Shown here piece by piece: positions 1-12,851 of a DNA stretch of 64,000 nt. Position 1 is the first letter of the stretch, and each line of letters opens with the position of its first letter. The notes beneath the pieces were generated by a model. The model was given only the letters and a program-made list of their open reading frames with translations, ran no database searches and was not told the DNA's origin. The translations under genes and the position numbers were made by a program. Origin of the DNA: Octopus sinensis (Eukaryota); NCBI RefSeq assembly GCF_006345805.1, contig NC_043000.1:138136001-138200000 (forward strand), written 5' to 3'.

Positions 1-1230
1 TAACAGTTTAAGGAGGTATTGTTGAAGGTGTTTGTTAGTAGGCATGTTCTAACACTGATGGTAAATTATCACATGTTGTGGTATTGAACTTGAATCAATA
101 ATGATTAATCTTTTACTTTAATATTCTGAATTAATTTTCATAGCTTAATATTGAGTGCTTTGAATTTTTTGAACACTAGCACCATTTCAAAAAATAGTAT
201 TTACCTAATTTTCAATTAATGAATATCTGAGTAGTATGTTCTTCATAATTAGTATTCTATTAGAAATTGTCACATCAGTCTATTAAAATAATGCTGCTAA
301 TGCTTCAGGATAAATCACAGAAAATACAATTTTCATACTTCTTGATATGAAATGCTGCCTCTTTTCATACTGTTTTCTTTGTATTTCAATTTTATTTAGC
401 AGTTTTTTCATAATAATATATATTCTACTCCTCTTTGAACAAAAATTACTATATTCTCCACACAAAACTGATTCTGATTTTTTGTAATTGAATATTCTTA
501 CAGTTCATATCTGGATTCTACTTTTCAAGCTAATTGCAGGTACTTACTAATCACATACATTGAACTGAATTTATTGTAATAATCATTGACTTCCATGGAA
601 GCCAATTGATAATTGTTTTTATGATCCAAAATTGTGTGATGACATTTTTAAGATTACGACATTTCTGTAAAAAGGGAAATACTTGTACATATATTAACAT
701 ATTATCATGTATTTAAAATGCAACGATGTTAGCTGTAAGATACATTTTATTCCACTGTTTGAGCTATTTTCCTTGTGTTTTGTCTTTAATATTTTAGTGA
801 GTAATCTATTCTGATACATTTTATTTTGACATGACTTTCAAAAACTTGTGAATTTTTAAAACACTAGGTTTCCATCACAACTAATAAGTTTACGAAGCAA
901 AATTTTTATATAAACCTACATATCGTTGCCAAATGAATACGGACTCCTTGATCCATTTTCAAATAATATCTTTTGTTCAAATAGGCTTACATTTTGTAGA
1001 TTTTCTAGCACTTTTGTATAAGTATCAAAATATTTTGCTTGATATTCCACTATAAGTAATAAAGTACTGATTCTCTTACCAACAAGCAAACTTTTAAGCA
1101 GTCACATCACCTGTCAGAAATATCACCCCACTCAAACCCTACTGTCTAAAAGATGGAAGGACACTTTGGAATAATGTAATCCTGGATACAACAAAAAGAA
1201 AAAATAAAGATGAATTTGTCCCAACTGCCA

Positions 1231-1397
1231 GTCAATTAGATCGACTCCAGTACACAACTGGTACTTAATTTATCAACACTGAAAGGATGAAAGGCAAAGT
1301 CGACCTCAGCAGAATTTGAACTCAGAACGTAGTGACAGATGAAATACCGCTAAGCGTTTCACCCAGCATGCTAATGCTTCCGCCAGCTCGCTGCCTT
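1231..1397 (-). mobile_element. SINE family A, partial
   Basis: Reverse complement of the A head and core (GGCAGCGAGCTGGC...GTCGACTTTGCCTTTCATCCTTTC) seen in about 10 other copies here. Confidence 0.85.
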
Positions 1398-2591
1398 GTA
1401 CCAACTGTAATGCCTATGACTCTAGATTAGCAGAATCATTTATTCATTGGGATCTTTACATGGACAAAACAACAATGCTAATTTCTCCTATTTTACCATC
1501 ACTATTAAACTGGTTCCATAAAGGTCACTTTGAAATCAAATTCCTCAATTTATAAATAAATTATGATAAAAAAAAAACCCAGTTGCAGCATGGAAAGTGT
1601 TTATAAGCCATGTAAAAACACACATAAACCGTTAGATTCACTTCAACATTTGAATTTAATTTGCCGAAATATTTTCATCGCTTTGAGACTATGACCTGTT
1701 TACTGACAAAATTCCGTGCTGGAAATTAAACCAACCAGGACTACTACTGCACAAAAGCAAGTAATCAAAGAGCTGACAAACAAATGAAGTCACCAGAGTC
1801 AACTAACCAGAATACTGAATTGCTGCCAAAAGAAAATACGACACCAAAATATTCAAAAAATAAATGATGTACTCAAGCAATCAGCCAACCAGAATTCTGG
1901 GGCACAGGCAGACAAAATATGATAATGTCATTGAGTTAATAGCTAACAAGGAATTGAATTCATATCTTAAAAACTACAAATACAAAGCAATATCGGCTTG
2001 AAACATTCAAGTTCCCACCAGTAAAACTAACAACAAACAATACTCTATCAAATAATATGGTAGAAGTTGCAAAAATATTTTGGTTTCTGTCTTATTTAAA
2101 ACTTCATTGTATCAAATTGCTCATATATTGCTATGAAACCTATTGAACTTTCAATCATGTATTATTGTTTTGAAATCCATTAAACATTTGAACTTTTATG
2201 ATTTTCTGTTACTGTGAAGTTTATTGAAAATTTGAATTTGCATGAACATTTGATGTTTTAGAACATGTTTTTACCAAATTTTCTTCCATACATTCTCTTT
2301 CTTTTAAACTTTTACCTTGTGTTTTTATCTACCAATTAAAAATAAAACAAAAATGTTGAAACTAAATTTACAAAAATATTTTAAAAACTAAAATTTTTCA
2401 AAGAGAGACTAGAGTGCAGTTTTAACTCCAAAATGAATTCTCTTACATTCTTTCTTGTTTAGAAGCAAATCCCTTTTTTCTTCACATATTGGCATGTGAG
2501 TGTGTATGTGTATGTGTGCACGTCTTATTTGCATAACATAAAGAAAACAGGGTTTACAGAAACTAAAAGTGGACTATACTGGCAATAATTA

Positions 2592-2827
2592 AGGCGGCGA
2601 GCTGGCAGAAACATTAGCACGCTGGGCGAAATGTTTAGCGATATTTTGGCTATCTTTACATTCTGAGTTCAAATTCCGCCGAGGTCAACTTTGCCTTTCA
2701 TCCTTTCGGGGTCGATTAAATAAGGACCAGTTATGCACTGGGCTCTTTATAATCGACTTAATCCGTTTGTTTGTCCTTGTTTGTCCCCTCTGTGTGTGTG
2801 TAGCCCCTTGTGGGCAGTAAAGAAATA
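2592..2827 (+). mobile_element. SINE family A, full length
   Basis: Complete ~235-bp match to the other A copies; flanked by ATACTG(G/A)CAATAATT direct repeat (TSD). Confidence 0.9.
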
Positions 2828-3265
2828 TATACTGACAATAATTGTAAGGGTAAGTTTTCATGAGTTTCAATAAATATGTATGCCATGGGAAAACAAGAAA
2901 TTTATGAAAGAGAGAACCTTGTTTTCACTTGAAGTATTTTAATTCTCTCTCTTTAACACTCTCTCAGGTAAAAAAAAAAAAAAAGAAATCAATCTCTAAA
3001 TATCAGATTCATCCACTCTTTGCAGTAATCAGACTAATTCAGACTCAGGAATTTCACTATATTTGTGGCGATGAATTTAACATAAAAGAATTAATATTTT
3101 ATAAATCTTCCTAATTGAAATATCATTAAACTGGAAAACCAGCAGCTATGAATAACTATTTGGAAGACTGAAATAAAAGAAAATATTCTACTAAATAAAA
3201 CCTTTCTTTTCTTCAGAAAGAATTTTTAAAGTATACGTCCATATTCTCATAAGTACACTATTAAG

Positions 3266-3465
3266 AAGGTGAGCTGGCAGAATCATTAGCACGCTGGTAA
3301 AACGCTTAGAGGTATTTCATCTGTCCTTACATACTGAGTTTAAATTCCACCAAGATCGACTTCGCCTTTCATCCTTTTGGGGTTGATGAAATAAGTAACA
3401 GTTGGGCATGTAATTGACTTATCCACTCCCATGAAATTGCTGGCCTTGTGCCAAAATTTGAAAAA
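3266..3465 (+). mobile_element. SINE family A variant with alternative 3' tail
   Basis: A head and core followed by a different tail (CCATGAAATTGCTGGCCTTGTGCCAAAATTTGAAA). Confidence 0.75.
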
Positions 3466-3795
3466 TATGTGCAATATTGATTTATATAGATGCCATAATG
3501 TATTTGATATATACATTATTGCTAGTACTCCCAGCAAACATTGTAATATACTTAGGGAAGAAAGTGAGATAACATTGTGTCTAGAGATTCTTTTTCTTTT
3601 TTTTTTACCAAGGATGAAATAAAACATTAACCAGTACATACTGCAAAGTTGCTCGCATTACAAAGAACATCTAGTAACAAAAACCATGCTTTATATTGAA
3701 CTTGTGGACCTCTGACCGGACAAGATGGACAGTAGTTCCAAATAAGAACTGACAATGATGAACCATTCAATCCATGGAAAGTAAGCATAAAATCA

Positions 3796-3845
3796 ATGAT
3801 GATGATGATGATGATGATGATAATGCTGTTGTTGTTGTTGTTGTT
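3796..3845. repeat. (GAT)n and (GTT)n microsatellites
   Basis: Read directly from the sequence. Confidence 0.95.
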
Positions 3846-3881
3846 AAGCAACAAGATGGGTAAGGGTAATTAGGTGATGGT

Positions 3882-4139
3882 CTAGGGCTTAGGGGCGGGA
3901 GATCCCAGACCTGGGAAAAAAAAAATCTTTGGTCGTCTTGTTGTAGTCGAGGGTTCTTCGTTGATGCCCGACACTACTGGGAGGTGGCCCTCGAAGTCGC
4001 TGGAAATGGAGATCTCCTGGTCCAAATTCTTGGACGGCTGCTGCTGCTGCTGCTGCTGTGTTTGGTGGGGGATTTGAGGAGTGGAATTTGCCGTGGCAGT
4101 TGCAACAATGGCAATGATGACATTGACAATGATTAACAT
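3882..4139 (-). CDS. Candidate exon/short ORF: signal-peptide-like N-terminus plus polyQ (MLIIVNVIIAIVATATA-NSTPQIPHQTQQQQQQQ...)
   Basis: Locally GC-richer island; acceptor-like CTTTATTTTAG just upstream (exon start 4143); AAACATG start context; hydrophobic 17-mer; (CAG)n. No homology recognised. Confidence 0.3.
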   Translation of the reverse strand: MLIIVNVIIAIVATATANSTPQIPHQTQQQQQQQPSKNLDQEISISSDFEGHLPVVSGINEEPSTTTRRPKIFFFPGLGSPAPKP

Positions 4140-4359
4140 GTTTCTAAAATAAAGTGAGCTACACAACATGCACCTGATAACTGAACAATCACTGTTTCAA
4201 TTTAATTGAATCGCGTTCAATTTCATTTCAGTTAAAATCACAAATTATTTCTTGATGTGGTTGTATAATAATAGCTTTAGTAACATGAAATTAATCATTC
4301 TTTAACTTAAATCTATGTGAAAAATTATGTATTGCACAAAATAAAAATTAGAAAGAATT

Positions 4360-4775
4360 AGGCGCAGGAGTGGCTGTGTGGTAAGTAGCTTGCTAACCAA
4401 CCACATGGCTCTGGGTTCAATCCACTGCGTGGCATCTTGGGCAAGTGTCTTCTGCTATAGCCCCGGGCCGACCAATGCCTTGTGAGTGGATTTGGTAGAC
4501 GGAAACTGAAAGAAGTCTGTCGTATATATGTATATATATATATGTATGTGTGTGTGTTTGTGTGTCTGTGTTTGTTCCCCTAGCATTGCTTGACAACCGA
4601 TGCTGGTGTGTTTATGTCCCCGTCACTTAGCGGTTTGGCAAAAAGAGACCGATAGAATAAGTACTGGGCTTACAAAAAGAATAAGTCCCGGGGTCGAGTT
4701 GCTCGACTAAAGGCGGTGCTCCAGCATGGCCGCAGTCAAATGACTGAAACAAGTAAAAGAGTAAAGAGTAAAGAG
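4360..4775 (+). mobile_element. SINE family B, full length
   Basis: tRNA-like head with A/B boxes (TGGCTGTGTGG / GGTTCAATCC), internal (TA)n(TG)n, (AAAGAGT)n tail. Confidence 0.9.
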
Positions 4776-5143
4776 CTATAAAAGAGTATGGATTCAGCCT
4801 TGCTTTAAAATTCTAGGATATAATTTGTATGATACGAAAGGGGGTTGCAATACTGATCATCTTAAATAGCTTAGTTTAAATATAATTAATACATCGTATG
4901 TATTATATTTGAATGGGATTATAATTATAGCACACTGGATATGTCAAGGTTTAGAAGCACAATACGCACACTAACATTCTATGATTGGTTGGGGATTTTG
5001 TTTAACCCAAATCAGACCTAGTCAAGCAGATTTGTGATGAAAAGGAATTTCAGCTAGGTCCATCTTTGCTTTTTCTTTACCAGGGATTATAGTAACCAAT
5101 AGGTCTTGATCTTCTTTGAAAAATATAGGGAGATGTAGGTGAA

Positions 5144-6314
5144 TTTTGTCAGCTATTTGTGACATATTTTAAGCAATTCAGTGAAATTTGAAAGAGTTTT
5201 GGCAGCAATTTGTGACATATTTTAAGCAATTCAGTGAAATTTGAAAGAGTTTTGGCAGCAATTTGTGACATATTTTAAGCAATTCAGTGAAATTTGAAAG
5301 AGTTTTGGCAGCAATTTGTGACATATTTTAAGCAATTCAGTGAAATTTGAAAGAGTTTTGGCAGCAATTTGTGACATATTTTAAGCAATTCAGTGAAATT
5401 TGAAAGAGTTTTGGCAGCAATTGTGACCTATTTTAAGCAATTCAGTGAAATTTGAAAGAGTTTTGGCAGCAATTGTGACATATTTTAAGCAATTCAGTGA
5501 AATTTGAAAGAGTTTTGGCAGCAATTTGTGACATATTTTAAGCAATTCAGTGAAATTTGAAAGAGTTTTGGCAGCAATTTGTGACATATTTTAAACAATT
5601 CAGTGAAATTTGAAAGAGTTTTGGCAGCAATTGTGACATATTTTAAGCAATTCAGTGAAATTTGAAAGAGTTTTGGCAGCAATTTGTGACATATTTTAAG
5701 CAATTCAGTGAAATTTGAAAGAGTTTTGGCAGCAATTTGTGACATATTTTTAAGCATTCAGTGAATTTGAAAGAGTTTTGGCAGCAATTTGTGACATATT
5801 TTAAGCAATTCAGTGAAATTTGAAAGAGTTTTGGCAGCAATTTGTGACATATTTTAAGCAATTCAGTGAATTTGAAAGAGTTTTGGCAGCAATTGTGACA
5901 TATTTTAAGCAATTCAGTGAAATTTGAAAGAGTTTTGGCAGCAATTTGTGACATTTTTAAGCAATTCAGTGAAATTTGAAAGAGTTTTGGCAGCAATTTG
6001 TGACATATTTTAAGCAATTCAGTGAAATTTGAAAGAGTTTTGGCAGCAATTGTGACATATTTTAAGCAATTCAGTGAAATTTAAAGAGTTTTGGCAGCAA
6101 TTTGTGACATATTTTAAGCAATTCAGTGAAATTTGAAAGAGTTTTGGCAGCAATTTGTGACATATTTTAAGCAATTCAGTGAAATTTGAAAGTTTTGGCA
6201 GCAATTTGTGACATATTTTAAGCAATTCAGTGAAATTTGAAAGAGTTTTGGCAGCAATTTGTGACATATTTTAAGCAATACAGTGAAATTTGAAAGAGTT
6301 TTGGCAGCTATTTC
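5144..6314. repeat. 53-bp tandem minisatellite, about 22 copies
   Basis: Unit TTCAGTGAAATTTGAAAGAGTTTTGGCAGCAATTTGTGACATATTTTAAGCAA; period 53 (GACATAT at 5161 and 5214); some 52-bp variants. Confidence 0.97.
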
Positions 6315-6419
6315 TAACAGTTATCAAACAATACTGTAAGATATTAAAGTTTTTGCAGCTGATTCTTATACATATAGACAACTTGGTTGAGTTTTAACAG
6401 TGTGTAAACTTAGTACAAG

Positions 6420-7290
6420 TTAACTCCTTGTTGCACACTTGATTGATCAAAGACTGCTTGCATGTCAATACAGGTCAAATTGTGTTCAGTCAGCCTTCTT
6501 GTCATAGACTGATGCCTTCCATCATTTGGGACACATTCTCTACTACTCTATTGAAGATTGCCTCTGTTATATTGATAAGAAATTTCAAAGAAATATGTCA
6601 ATATTATTTGATTATTTTAATCAGATCACAATGTCAAATCAATTTACAACAATGAACTAACTGAACCATTTTGAAAATTTATCTATTATTAACTTCTCCA
6701 CACCATTCTCGGAAAGCCTGGAAAGGGTCACAGGTGCTGACATTCTCCTTTGTCTGAACCATTAAAAAAGTGTATGTAATTAAAACCCGCTCACTTTAAT
6801 TAGGATTAACATTGTCAAGATGCAAACATGAAAAGAAGATAATTTGTTATTAAATGAATCAAAGTAAATTCAATGGACTTGAATTCTGCAGATGTACACA
6901 ACAGGATGAATGCAATTGATTTGTTTTACACAAACAGAATTGTATTCAAGGCCAGCATACTAGCAGCAGATCAGCACAAGATCAGTGCATAAGAAAAACC
7001 GATGTAAACAATGAATATTTGCAAAATGTTGTCATTTTCTCCTTTCTAGGGAGAGCTATATTCCTGTCCAACACGAAATTGGGAAAGAGTTTACCATAAG
7101 CCACATCTCAACACATATCTTCCCTGTATTCTTTTGCTGTTAGATTGAACTTACTTAGAGACCAGCTCTTTTAGATGACTCATGGTTTATATTTCAACAA
7201 CTTTGTTTCTGTCAATTGTTCTTTGCAGTTCCTTTTTGTCCAGATGTAAATTTGCTTCAGTAGGGTAGACTTTTCAAACCATGTCTCCAG
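6420..7290 (-). mobile_element. Possible highly decayed piggyBac-like transposase remnant
   Basis: Only scattered stop-riddled motifs (e.g. SLFTSVFLMH, resembling DNxFTS); weak. Confidence 0.2.
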
Positions 7291-7300
7291 CTGTAACCTG

Positions 7301-7478
7301 CTGTATTTTAACATGTATAAGGGACGCCTTTTTGTCAAAAATTAGGTTAAAAAATATGGGAGTCTCTTATACATGGATAGTATTATAATCCTTTGAAAAG
7401 CCTATTTTCCAAATTTGAAGCTCCCAAAATTAGGGTGTTCCTTATACATGAGGGTTCCTTATACATGTTAAAATATGG
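7301..7478. mobile_element. pogo/Tc1-mariner-type MITE
   Basis: Terminal inverted repeats CTGTATTTTAACATGTATAAGG / CCTTATACATGTTAAAATATGG. Confidence 0.65.
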
Positions 7479-7499
7479 CATGTATTTTTATCATCCTTT

Positions 7500-7762
7500 A
7501 AGTCCGTGCCGGATGCAAGAAAAAAGCACCATTTGAGTGTGGCCATTGCCAGTACCACCTGACTGGCCCTCGTGCTGGTGGCACGTAAAAGCACCCACTA
7601 CACTCTCGGGGTGGCTGGCATTAGGAAGGGCATCCAGCTGTAGAAACTCTGCCAGATCAAGATTGGAGCCTGGTGCAGCCATCTGGTTCGCCAGCCCTTA
7701 GTCAAATCGTCCAACCCATGCTAGCATGGAAAGCAGACGTTAAAACGATGATGCTGATGATT
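7500..7762 (+). mobile_element. Retroposon family C 3' end
   Basis: TTAGGAAGGGCATCCAGCTGTAGAAAC core, ends CGTTAAAACGATGATG. Confidence 0.85.
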
Positions 7763-8186
7763 TACGATGAAAGATAATTCAGCGAACTTTTTCTCTTTCT
7801 CTCCCACCTCTCTCTCTTTCTCTCCCTAAAAGTAAAATATATATATCCATACTTTGATCTTTTCTGATATTTTGCTTATTTACTTTCTCTTTTATCATCT
7901 TACTATCTTTACAGTTATTTTTTTTCCATTGTTATACCCTTCCATCCCAATTTCCACTGTTTTGTGTTCACTTGATACCAGCTCTTAGACCTTCTTGATA
8001 AGTCCATCTTATGTTTGTCTCTTCCTTTCTTACTCTGCTTATACAACATTAAACCAACTAAACATTTGTAACCTTGAAATATAAGTGACGAAATGCTGCC
8101 ACCACCATTTAAATTGTGTAGAAATAGGATAAAAATTCTGGGAATATTTTGGAAATCTAATACAGACAAATAACTTTATTTTCAAA

Positions 8187-8584
8187 CTAGCAGTATTGCC
8201 CAGCGTTGCTCGGATTTGTAAGGGAAATAATTATATAAGCATTTTTAGAGAGTTATAGCCAAAAAATAGCAAAAAAATGTACCAAAAATGGAAAAAAAAT
8301 GATGGTAAATTTTTTTTTAAATCGTTGACTCATCGTAGACATTTTTAGAGAGTTACTTCCCTTATATAATAGCGAAAAAAATGCATTAAAATGGAAAAAA
8401 ATAATGGTAAATTTTTTTTAAATCGTAGACTCATCGTAGATGTGCGCTAATACCCAGAAGGGCTCGATATGAATCACGACTATAAGATACCCGGTTTTGG
8501 TTACACTGCACCGCAAAATGTGGGAGTAGTTAGGAATCTAAATCGTAGGAGACAGACACACAACTTCACTTTTATATATAAAGA
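8187..8584 (-). mobile_element. Non-autonomous Helitron, full length
   Basis: Minus strand begins A|TC and ends hairpin + CTAG|T; internal subrepeat; close paralog at 16217-16609. Confidence 0.85.
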
Positions 8585-9159
8585 TATGAATTGCTTACAG
8601 AGTAATTTAAATGGTTTTAACATGTCACTAGAGTTTACTGAAGAGCATAATGAAATTAATTTATTAACAGTGGAGTGTAATGACAGAAATTATTTGGTCA
8701 CATAATAATAAAAATGGTAAAATTAAGCATTACTACTTGATGGACCTACATAAGCTATTGTGAGCCAATGAAGGGACTTTAATAGTCACTTGACATGCTA
8801 AAAATAGCAGCCAAATCTCATTCAAAAGACTAGATAATCATAGCTGAAATGTCTTTTGAGATAGCTCTTCTCAAACATGGGCAATCTAAGCTGAAATGGT
8901 TGTGCAATTAACTTTTGTAGATTCTCTGAGATTGTTGAAATTAGTGCTACTAGTGTTCTGCTGAAACCTTTGCAAGTTACTAACTGCAAGAAATATAAAT
9001 ACAGAGTTAGAATTCTGGAGAATGTTTCAGGTAGGAAGGACAGGACAGGACATAGAGGTAAATTTGAGTCTGGTGGAGGTGAACACAATATGGGGTCAAA
9101 AAAAAAGAGGGACAAGAGAGTTGAGAAATTCCTCAAGTGGATGTGATATGAAGTCACTG

Positions 9160-9174
9160 TAGTAGTAGTAGTAA

Positions 9175-9237
<63 letters not shown>

Positions 9238-9256
9238 CAGCAGTAGTATTAGTAGC
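9160..9256. repeat. (AGT)n microsatellite
   Basis: Read directly; SINE A inserted at its end. Confidence 0.95.
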
Positions 9257-9260
9257 AGAA

Positions 9261-9492
9261 AGGCGGCGAGCTGGCAGAAATGTTGACACGCCAGGCAAAA
9301 TGCTTAGCAGTATTTCGTCTGGCGCTATGTTCTGAGTTCAAATTCTGCCAAGGTTGACTTTGTCTTTCATCCTTTCGGGATTGATTAAATAAGTACCAGT
9401 TACGCACTGGGTTCGATATAATCGACTTAAACCGTTTGTCTGTCCTTGTTTGTCCCCTCTGTTTGTAGCCCATGGTGGGCAGTAAAGATATA
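9261..9492 (+). mobile_element. SINE family A
   Basis: Full-length match to the A copies. Confidence 0.9.
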
Positions 9493-9775
9493 AGTAGTAG
9501 TAGTAGCAGCAGCAGCAGCAGCAGCAGACTGGTAAAATAAGTACCATACCAAATACCAAAGAAAGTACTGGGGTCGATTCCTTTAACTAAAATTCTTCAA
9601 GGTGATGCTCCAGCATGGTTGCAGCCTAATGACTAATAGAAATAAAAAATAAATCCCAAAAGGGATACAATACAAAGTTAACAATGTCAATCTGTCATGA
9701 CAAAATGGAGCAGTACTAACATAGAAAGCACAAACCCCTGAGCTCACACTGAGCAGTCTGGGCTGAGTTTAGATT

Positions 9776-10087
9776 GTTATTGTTGTTGTTTGTTCCTTCT
9801 TGAGCCATGCCTGGCTCATAGGGCTGGTTTCGCAGTTTCCTTGGTGTATAGGTTCCCCACTTGGACAGGGTGTCAGTCCATCACAAGTGAGCTGCAAGAT
9901 GCAGGAGGAAAGAGTGAGAGAAAGTTGTGGCGAAAGAGTCAGCAGAAGTTCGCCATAACCTTCTGCTGGAGCTGCTTGGAGCTTAGGTGTTTCGCTCATA
10001 AACACACACATCACCTGGGCTGAGATTCGAACCCGTGATCCCTCGACCATGAGTCTGCCGCCCTAACCACTAGGCCACGTACCTCCA
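9776..10087 (-). mobile_element. SINE family H
   Basis: tRNA-like head, (AAC)n tail, 13-bp TSD CTGAGTTTAGATT (9763-9775 / 10088-10100); paralog at 23052. Confidence 0.9.
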
Positions 10088-10385
10088 CTGAGTTTAGATT
10101 AGTTACATAAATTTCAGATAAAATTAATAGTTATTTCAAATGCTTGCTAGCATAGGCACAAGGCCTGAAATTTGCAAGTTGAAGTCGGTTAATTACATTG
10201 GTGCCAGCACTTGACTGCTATTTTATTTTATTGGACTTGAGCTGACCTTGGTAGGATTTCAATACAGATTGTAAAAAGTTAGAATAAATACCATATGGCG
10301 TTTTATCTGATACTCTACTGATTCTGCTAATTTACCACCCTTTTCTGATAATATTAATAGTAATAAGAAATATATATCAGGCTGT

Positions 10386-10822
10386 GTCATCATCAACATC
10401 ATCATCATCATTGTTTAACGTCTGCTTTCCATGCTAACATGGGTTGGACGATTTGACTGAGGTCTGGCGAACCAGATGGCTGCACCAGACTCCAATCTGA
10501 TCTGGCAGAGTTTCTATAGCTGAATGCCCTTCCTAATGCCAACCACTCCAAGAGTGTAGTGGGTGCTTTTACGTGCCACTGGTATGAGGGCCAGACAGGC
10601 GGTACTGGCAACAGCCACACTCAAATGGTGTTTTTAATGTGCCACCTGCACAGGAGCCAGTCCAGCAGCACTGGCAATGACCTCGCTCGAATGTTTTTTC
10701 GCGTGCTACCAGCACAAGTGATAGTAAGGCAATGCAGATAACAATCACACTTGAATGGTGTTTTTAATGTGCTAACCGCACGGAGGCCAGCTTGTTGTTC
10801 TGGCAATGATCTCACTCATATG
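10386..10822 (-). mobile_element. Retroposon family C
   Basis: C core with tandem GGTGCTTTTTACGTGCCAC subrepeats and (ATC)n tail. Confidence 0.85.
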
Positions 10823-11559
10823 GTACTCTTAGCACTCCAGAAATGTATAATAATAAATAAATAAAAATTAGCATTAATATCTACAAAATGCAAATAAAGC
10901 AAAAGTTTTCATTTTCAGTAATTTCGGCAGATATAAAACAAAGATTGTAGTAAGAGAGAACTAAAGTGTGGTGGAGATAGGAAAACTGTAATCTAAAGTA
11001 AAAGTACTCTGAAATGTCATAGAAAGCTAAGTGCACATTATTTTTTTGCAGGACCAAAATGCTATGAAACTAACAAGCAAAACATAAAATGGATAAATAT
11101 AATGATAGCATTGATGAGAAAAGCCTGTACTTAAAAGTTGAAACCAAGACCTTCCTACCAGTAATTATGAAAATGATTTGTTATGAAATTGTGTAAAACA
11201 AAAAATAGCACTAGAAAATGTTGCTAGGTGCATGCAAAAATATATTTTTTTAATGTGATAAAAACAAACTTCAATTCTATATATAATGTTTTAATATAAG
11301 ATATAACTAAATGTTTCAATGAAACTAAACGTAGAGTTGGAGGTGAGAGAGTGTTCTGTAGCTTATTATTTCCTTTATAGGTTTTTTTGGGTGCAGTATG
11401 TAACAAAAAATTGTTTTTATTACTGTAAGGGTTTAGAAAATGCAAATATTACTACTAAAGTGTACTAATAATTTTTTAATGAAAATTAGTTTTTAATATT
11501 TTTTTCCTAATATAATGATTTTATATGTCAACAAAAAAATCAAGATTTTAATTAATGCT

Positions 11560-12170
11560 TGGTATGATCACCTTTAACCCTCAAAACAACATTTATTTTT
11601 TTCTCTGACTGATGACTAACTTTCCAAATAGTTTTTTTCTATTTATTTTCTCACTTATATTAATCATAAATGTCTTTAATTCAGAGACTGTTTTATACAT
11701 CTTTCGTTTTAATTTAATCTTCAAAATTGCCCATAAATTTTCAATGGGGTTCAAATCAGGTGATTGATTAGGCCAAAACAATACATTTATCTGTTTGACA
11801 TCAAAATTATCTTGATCACATGAGGAGGTGTACTTTAGGTTATCAACTTGTTGAAATTTAGATATACTAGAAAATTAAAATTAATTGTTGGCTAATACAT
11901 GAATATATTGAATTGCATTCATTTTACCATATACAATTGCTAACTTGCCAACAATCTTATAAAATATATATTTGGTATTTCATTCTTTTCCTTAAAATTG
12001 CAATATTCATGCATAAATATATATTATCTTCGTTCTTCCATTACGACTGAAAATTGAAACTCTTGTTTCATCACCATCAGCAGTTATCTGCTTTATACAA
12101 CCATGCTTTACAGATGTTAGAACTACAACCCATGTGAAATTGTTATTCAAATGGCATTTTCACTGAAAAA
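11560..12170 (-). mobile_element. Tc1-like DD34E transposase remnant
   Basis: WPNQSPDLNPIENLW motif (ORF 11593-11781) preceded by decayed FQQ-D-N; multiple stops. Confidence 0.8.
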
Positions 12171-12211
12171 TAAGCTTTAAAATCATCTTCCTACAGTATA
12201 TCACATTCTCT

Positions 12212-12435
12212 TTCTCTTTTCACTCTTTTACTTGTTTCAGTCATTTGACTGCAGCCATGCTGGAGCACCGCCTTTAATCAAACAACTCGACCCTGGGACT
12301 TATTCTTTTGTAAACCCAGTACTTATTCTATCAGTCTCTTTTGCCGAACCGCTAAGTAACGGGGACACAAACACACCAGCATCGGTTGTCAAGCAATGCT
12401 AGGGGGACAAAGACAGAGACACACAAACACACACA

Positions 12436-12475
<40 letters not shown>

Positions 12476-12648
12476 CGTATATACAACGGGCTTCTTTCAG
12501 TTTCCGTCTACCAAATCCAATCACAAGGCTTTGGTCGGCCCGAGGCTATAGTAGAAGACACTTGCCCAAGGTGGCACACAGTGGGACTGAACCCGGAACC
12601 ATGTGGTTGGTAAACAAGCTACTTACCACACAGCCACTCCTGCGCCTA
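12212..12648 (-). mobile_element. SINE family B
   Basis: Full-length match. Confidence 0.9.
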
Positions 12649-12851
12649 TGCCACATTGCGTTAAATATCAAAGAGTGGTTGAGTTCTTCAATGAAAATTT
12701 CCACTGGAAATAAAATGTTGAATTAGTACTTTCTGGTGAACTGACCAAACTTCAGTATGAAGCATTTTTCTTATCTTAATTCACTTCAGCTTTTCACTTG
12801 ATGTGATTCCAATGGTTACTCACAATGTTGACTATGGAAACAAACTTTTAA

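Noticed and set aside
1-1080. Protein-like minus-strand frames and possible exons near 1050-990 and 665-563
   Set aside because: Frames break with stops and no convincing RT/TERT or host-protein motif was recognisable
5390-6267. ORFs with repeated KICHKLLPKLFQISLNCLK, and a CRISPR-like look
   Set aside because: Translation of a 53-bp tandem unit that is not a multiple of 3; no unique spacers and no cas genes; eukaryotic context
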